Part shown: positions 15,461-16,588 of the stretch, piece by piece
Layout of the letters: each line of letters begins with the position of its first letter
How positions within the stretch are numbered: position 1 is the first letter of the stretch
DNA from: a virus
Taxonomy: Duplodnaviria; Heunggongvirae; Uroviricota; Caudoviricetes
Length of the DNA: 16,588 bases
Virus record (IMG/VR): IMGVR_UViG_2529293142_000008
Strand: one strand, 5' to 3'
Notes under the pieces: model-generated
Databases searched by the model: none
What the model was told of the DNA's origin: nothing
Seen by the model: only the letters and a program-made list of their open reading frames with translations
Position numbers and translations under genes: made by a program

Positions 15461-16588
15461 ATGGCAGTAAAGATTTCAGGTGTACTGAAAGACGGCACAG
15501 GAAAACCGGTAGAGAACTGCACCATTCAACTGAAAGCCAGACGGACCAGCAGCACGGTGGTGGTGAACACGGTGGCCTCTGAAAATCCGGATGAAGCCGG
15601 TCGTTACAGCATGGACGTTGAGTACGGTCAGTACAGCGTCATTCTGTTGGTGGAAGGATTCCCGCCGTCACATGCCGGGACCATCACCGTGTATGAAGAT
15701 TCTCAACCCGGTACGCTGAATGATTTTCTCGGTGCCATGTCGGAGGATGACGTCCGGCCGGAGGCACTGCGTCGTTTTGAACTGATGGTGGAAGAAGCGG
15801 CGCGTCACGCTGAGGAGGCGAAGAAGAATGCCGGAGAGGCGGAGACGTCCGCGAGGAATGCTGGCATATCAGCCAGTCAGGCAGAAGAGAGCGCTGCAAA
15901 TGCTGACACTTCAGCAGGGGATGCATCGGAGTCAGCCCGACAGGCGGCAGAAAGTGCAGCCTCTGCAAAGCAGTCAGAGGAAGCGTCCTCGTCCTCGGCC
16001 TCTGAGGCCGCTCAAAAAGCCAGTGAGTCATTACAAAGTGCAACAGATGCTGAGTTGTCAAAAAAGATGGCAGAAAGTGCAGCCGGTAATGCAGCCAGGG
16101 ATGCAACGACCGCAACAGAAAAAGCCCGGGAGTCAGCAGAAAGCGCACAGTCAGCGGAACAAAGCAGGATAGCGGCGGAAGAGGCCGTAAACCGAATCCC
16201 CACCGTGGTGGGACCTCCCGGGCCAAAGGGGGAACAGGGGCCCGCGGGTCCTCAGGGGCCGAAGGGTGATAAGGGAGAGCGCGGTGACACCGGCCCTGTC
16301 GGGGCAACCGGCGAACGGGGACCGGCAGGTGATGCTGGTCCGGCAGGCCCGCAGGGGCCGAAAGGCGACAGGGGAGAGCGGGGAGAGACCGGTCTGACGG
16401 GAAATGCAGGTCCACAGGGTCCAAAGGGAGATACCGGTGCGGCAGGCCCGGCAGGCCCACAGGGACCGAAAGGAGAAACAGGTGCGGCTGGCCCGGTGGG
16501 GGCAACCGGACCTCAGGGACCGAAGGGCGACCCGGGGGAGACACAAATCCGTTTTCGTCTGGGGCCGGCGAGCATTATTGAGACAAAC
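15461..16588 (+). CDS. stf: side tail fibre protein, N-terminal portion (3' end outside window), with collagen-like region
   Basis: ATG 15461 (MAVKISGVLKDGTGKPVENCTIQLKARRTSSTVVVNTVASENPDEAGRYSMDVEYGQYSV...). Open frame with no stop to the window end, which is why the ORF track omits it. The N-terminus matches the lambda Stf (orf-401) N-terminal domain as I remember it. Confidence 0.85.
   Translation, partial: MAVKISGVLKDGTGKPVENCTIQLKARRTSSTVVVNTVASENPDEAGRYSMDVEYGQYSVILLVEGFPPSHAGTITVYEDSQPGTLNDFLGAMSEDDVRPEALRRFELMVEEAARHAEEAKKNAGEAETSARNAGISASQAEESAANADTSAGDASESARQAAESAASAKQSEEASSSSASEAAQKASESLQSATDAELSKKMAESAAGNAARDATTATEKARESAESAQSAEQSRIAAEEAVNRIPTVVGPPGPKGEQGPAGPQGPKGDKGERGDTGPVGATGERGPAGDAGPAGPQGPKGDRGERGETGLTGNAGPQGPKGDTGAAGPAGPQGPKGETGAAGPVGATGPQGPKGDPGETQIRFRLGPASIIETN
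16211..16543 (+). repeat. collagen-like Gly-X-Y triplet repeat, 37 uninterrupted triplets, within stf
   Basis: Translation in the stf frame gives GPPGPKGEQGPAGPQGPKGDKGERGDTGPVGATGERGPAGDAGPAGPQGPKGDRGERGETGLTGNAGPQGPKGDTGAAGPAGPQGPKGETGAAGPVGATGPQGPKGDPGET. The unit GPQGPKG recurs five times. Confidence 0.88.

Noticed and set aside
15828-16172. 114-aa Arg/Lys/Pro/Gln-rich + strand ORF
   Set aside because: Alternative frame inside stf. The stf frame is open from 15461 to the window end and carries the conserved N-terminal domain. This one is low-complexity with no independent support.
15684-16544. 286-aa proline-rich ORF on the - strand, and 131-aa ORF at 16151..16546
   Set aside because: Mirror image of the collagen-like GXY repeat and Ala/Ser-rich region of stf. 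Antisense of GGN-CCN-rich repeats gives long Pro/Leu/Arg-rich open frames by chance.
1-16588. CRISPR arrays, tRNA/rRNA genes, integrase or attachment sites, insertion sequences
   Set aside because: No direct-repeat/spacer periodicity, no cloverleaf-like or rRNA-like segments, and no recombinase-like ORFs. The only repeat is the in-gene collagen-like triplet run.

Overview
This window is the late morphogenesis (head and tail) operon of a lambda-like siphovirus or prophage, all on the + strand in the canonical lambda order: B (3' end), C/Nu3, D, E, FI, FII, Z, U, V, G/T, H, M, L, K, I, J, then a lom-like outer-membrane protein gene and the 5' part of a side tail fibre gene (stf) that runs off the window end. 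Protein lengths for C (439 aa), FI (132), Z (192), V (246), G (140), H (853), M (109), L (232) and I (223) match the lambda proteins as I remember them. I found no CRISPR array, tRNA/rRNA, integrase, transposase or recognisable defence or toxin system, and I see no previously undescribed system in this window. The points worth a second look are: (1) five single-nucleotide frame lesions in D, E, FII, U and the T part of G-T, all within about 1.8-6.1 kb, with none in H through I; these are either assembly/sequencing indels or inactivating mutations of a cryptic prophage; (2) a mosaic distal tail module: a J C-terminal domain that diverges from the lambda J I remember, a terminator-flanked lom-like gene, and an stf gene with an uninterrupted run of 37 collagen-like Gly-X-Y triplets; (3) the conserved G-T slippery heptamer GGGAAAG. 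Homology statements rest on recalled lambda biology and my reading of the translations; no database search was run.
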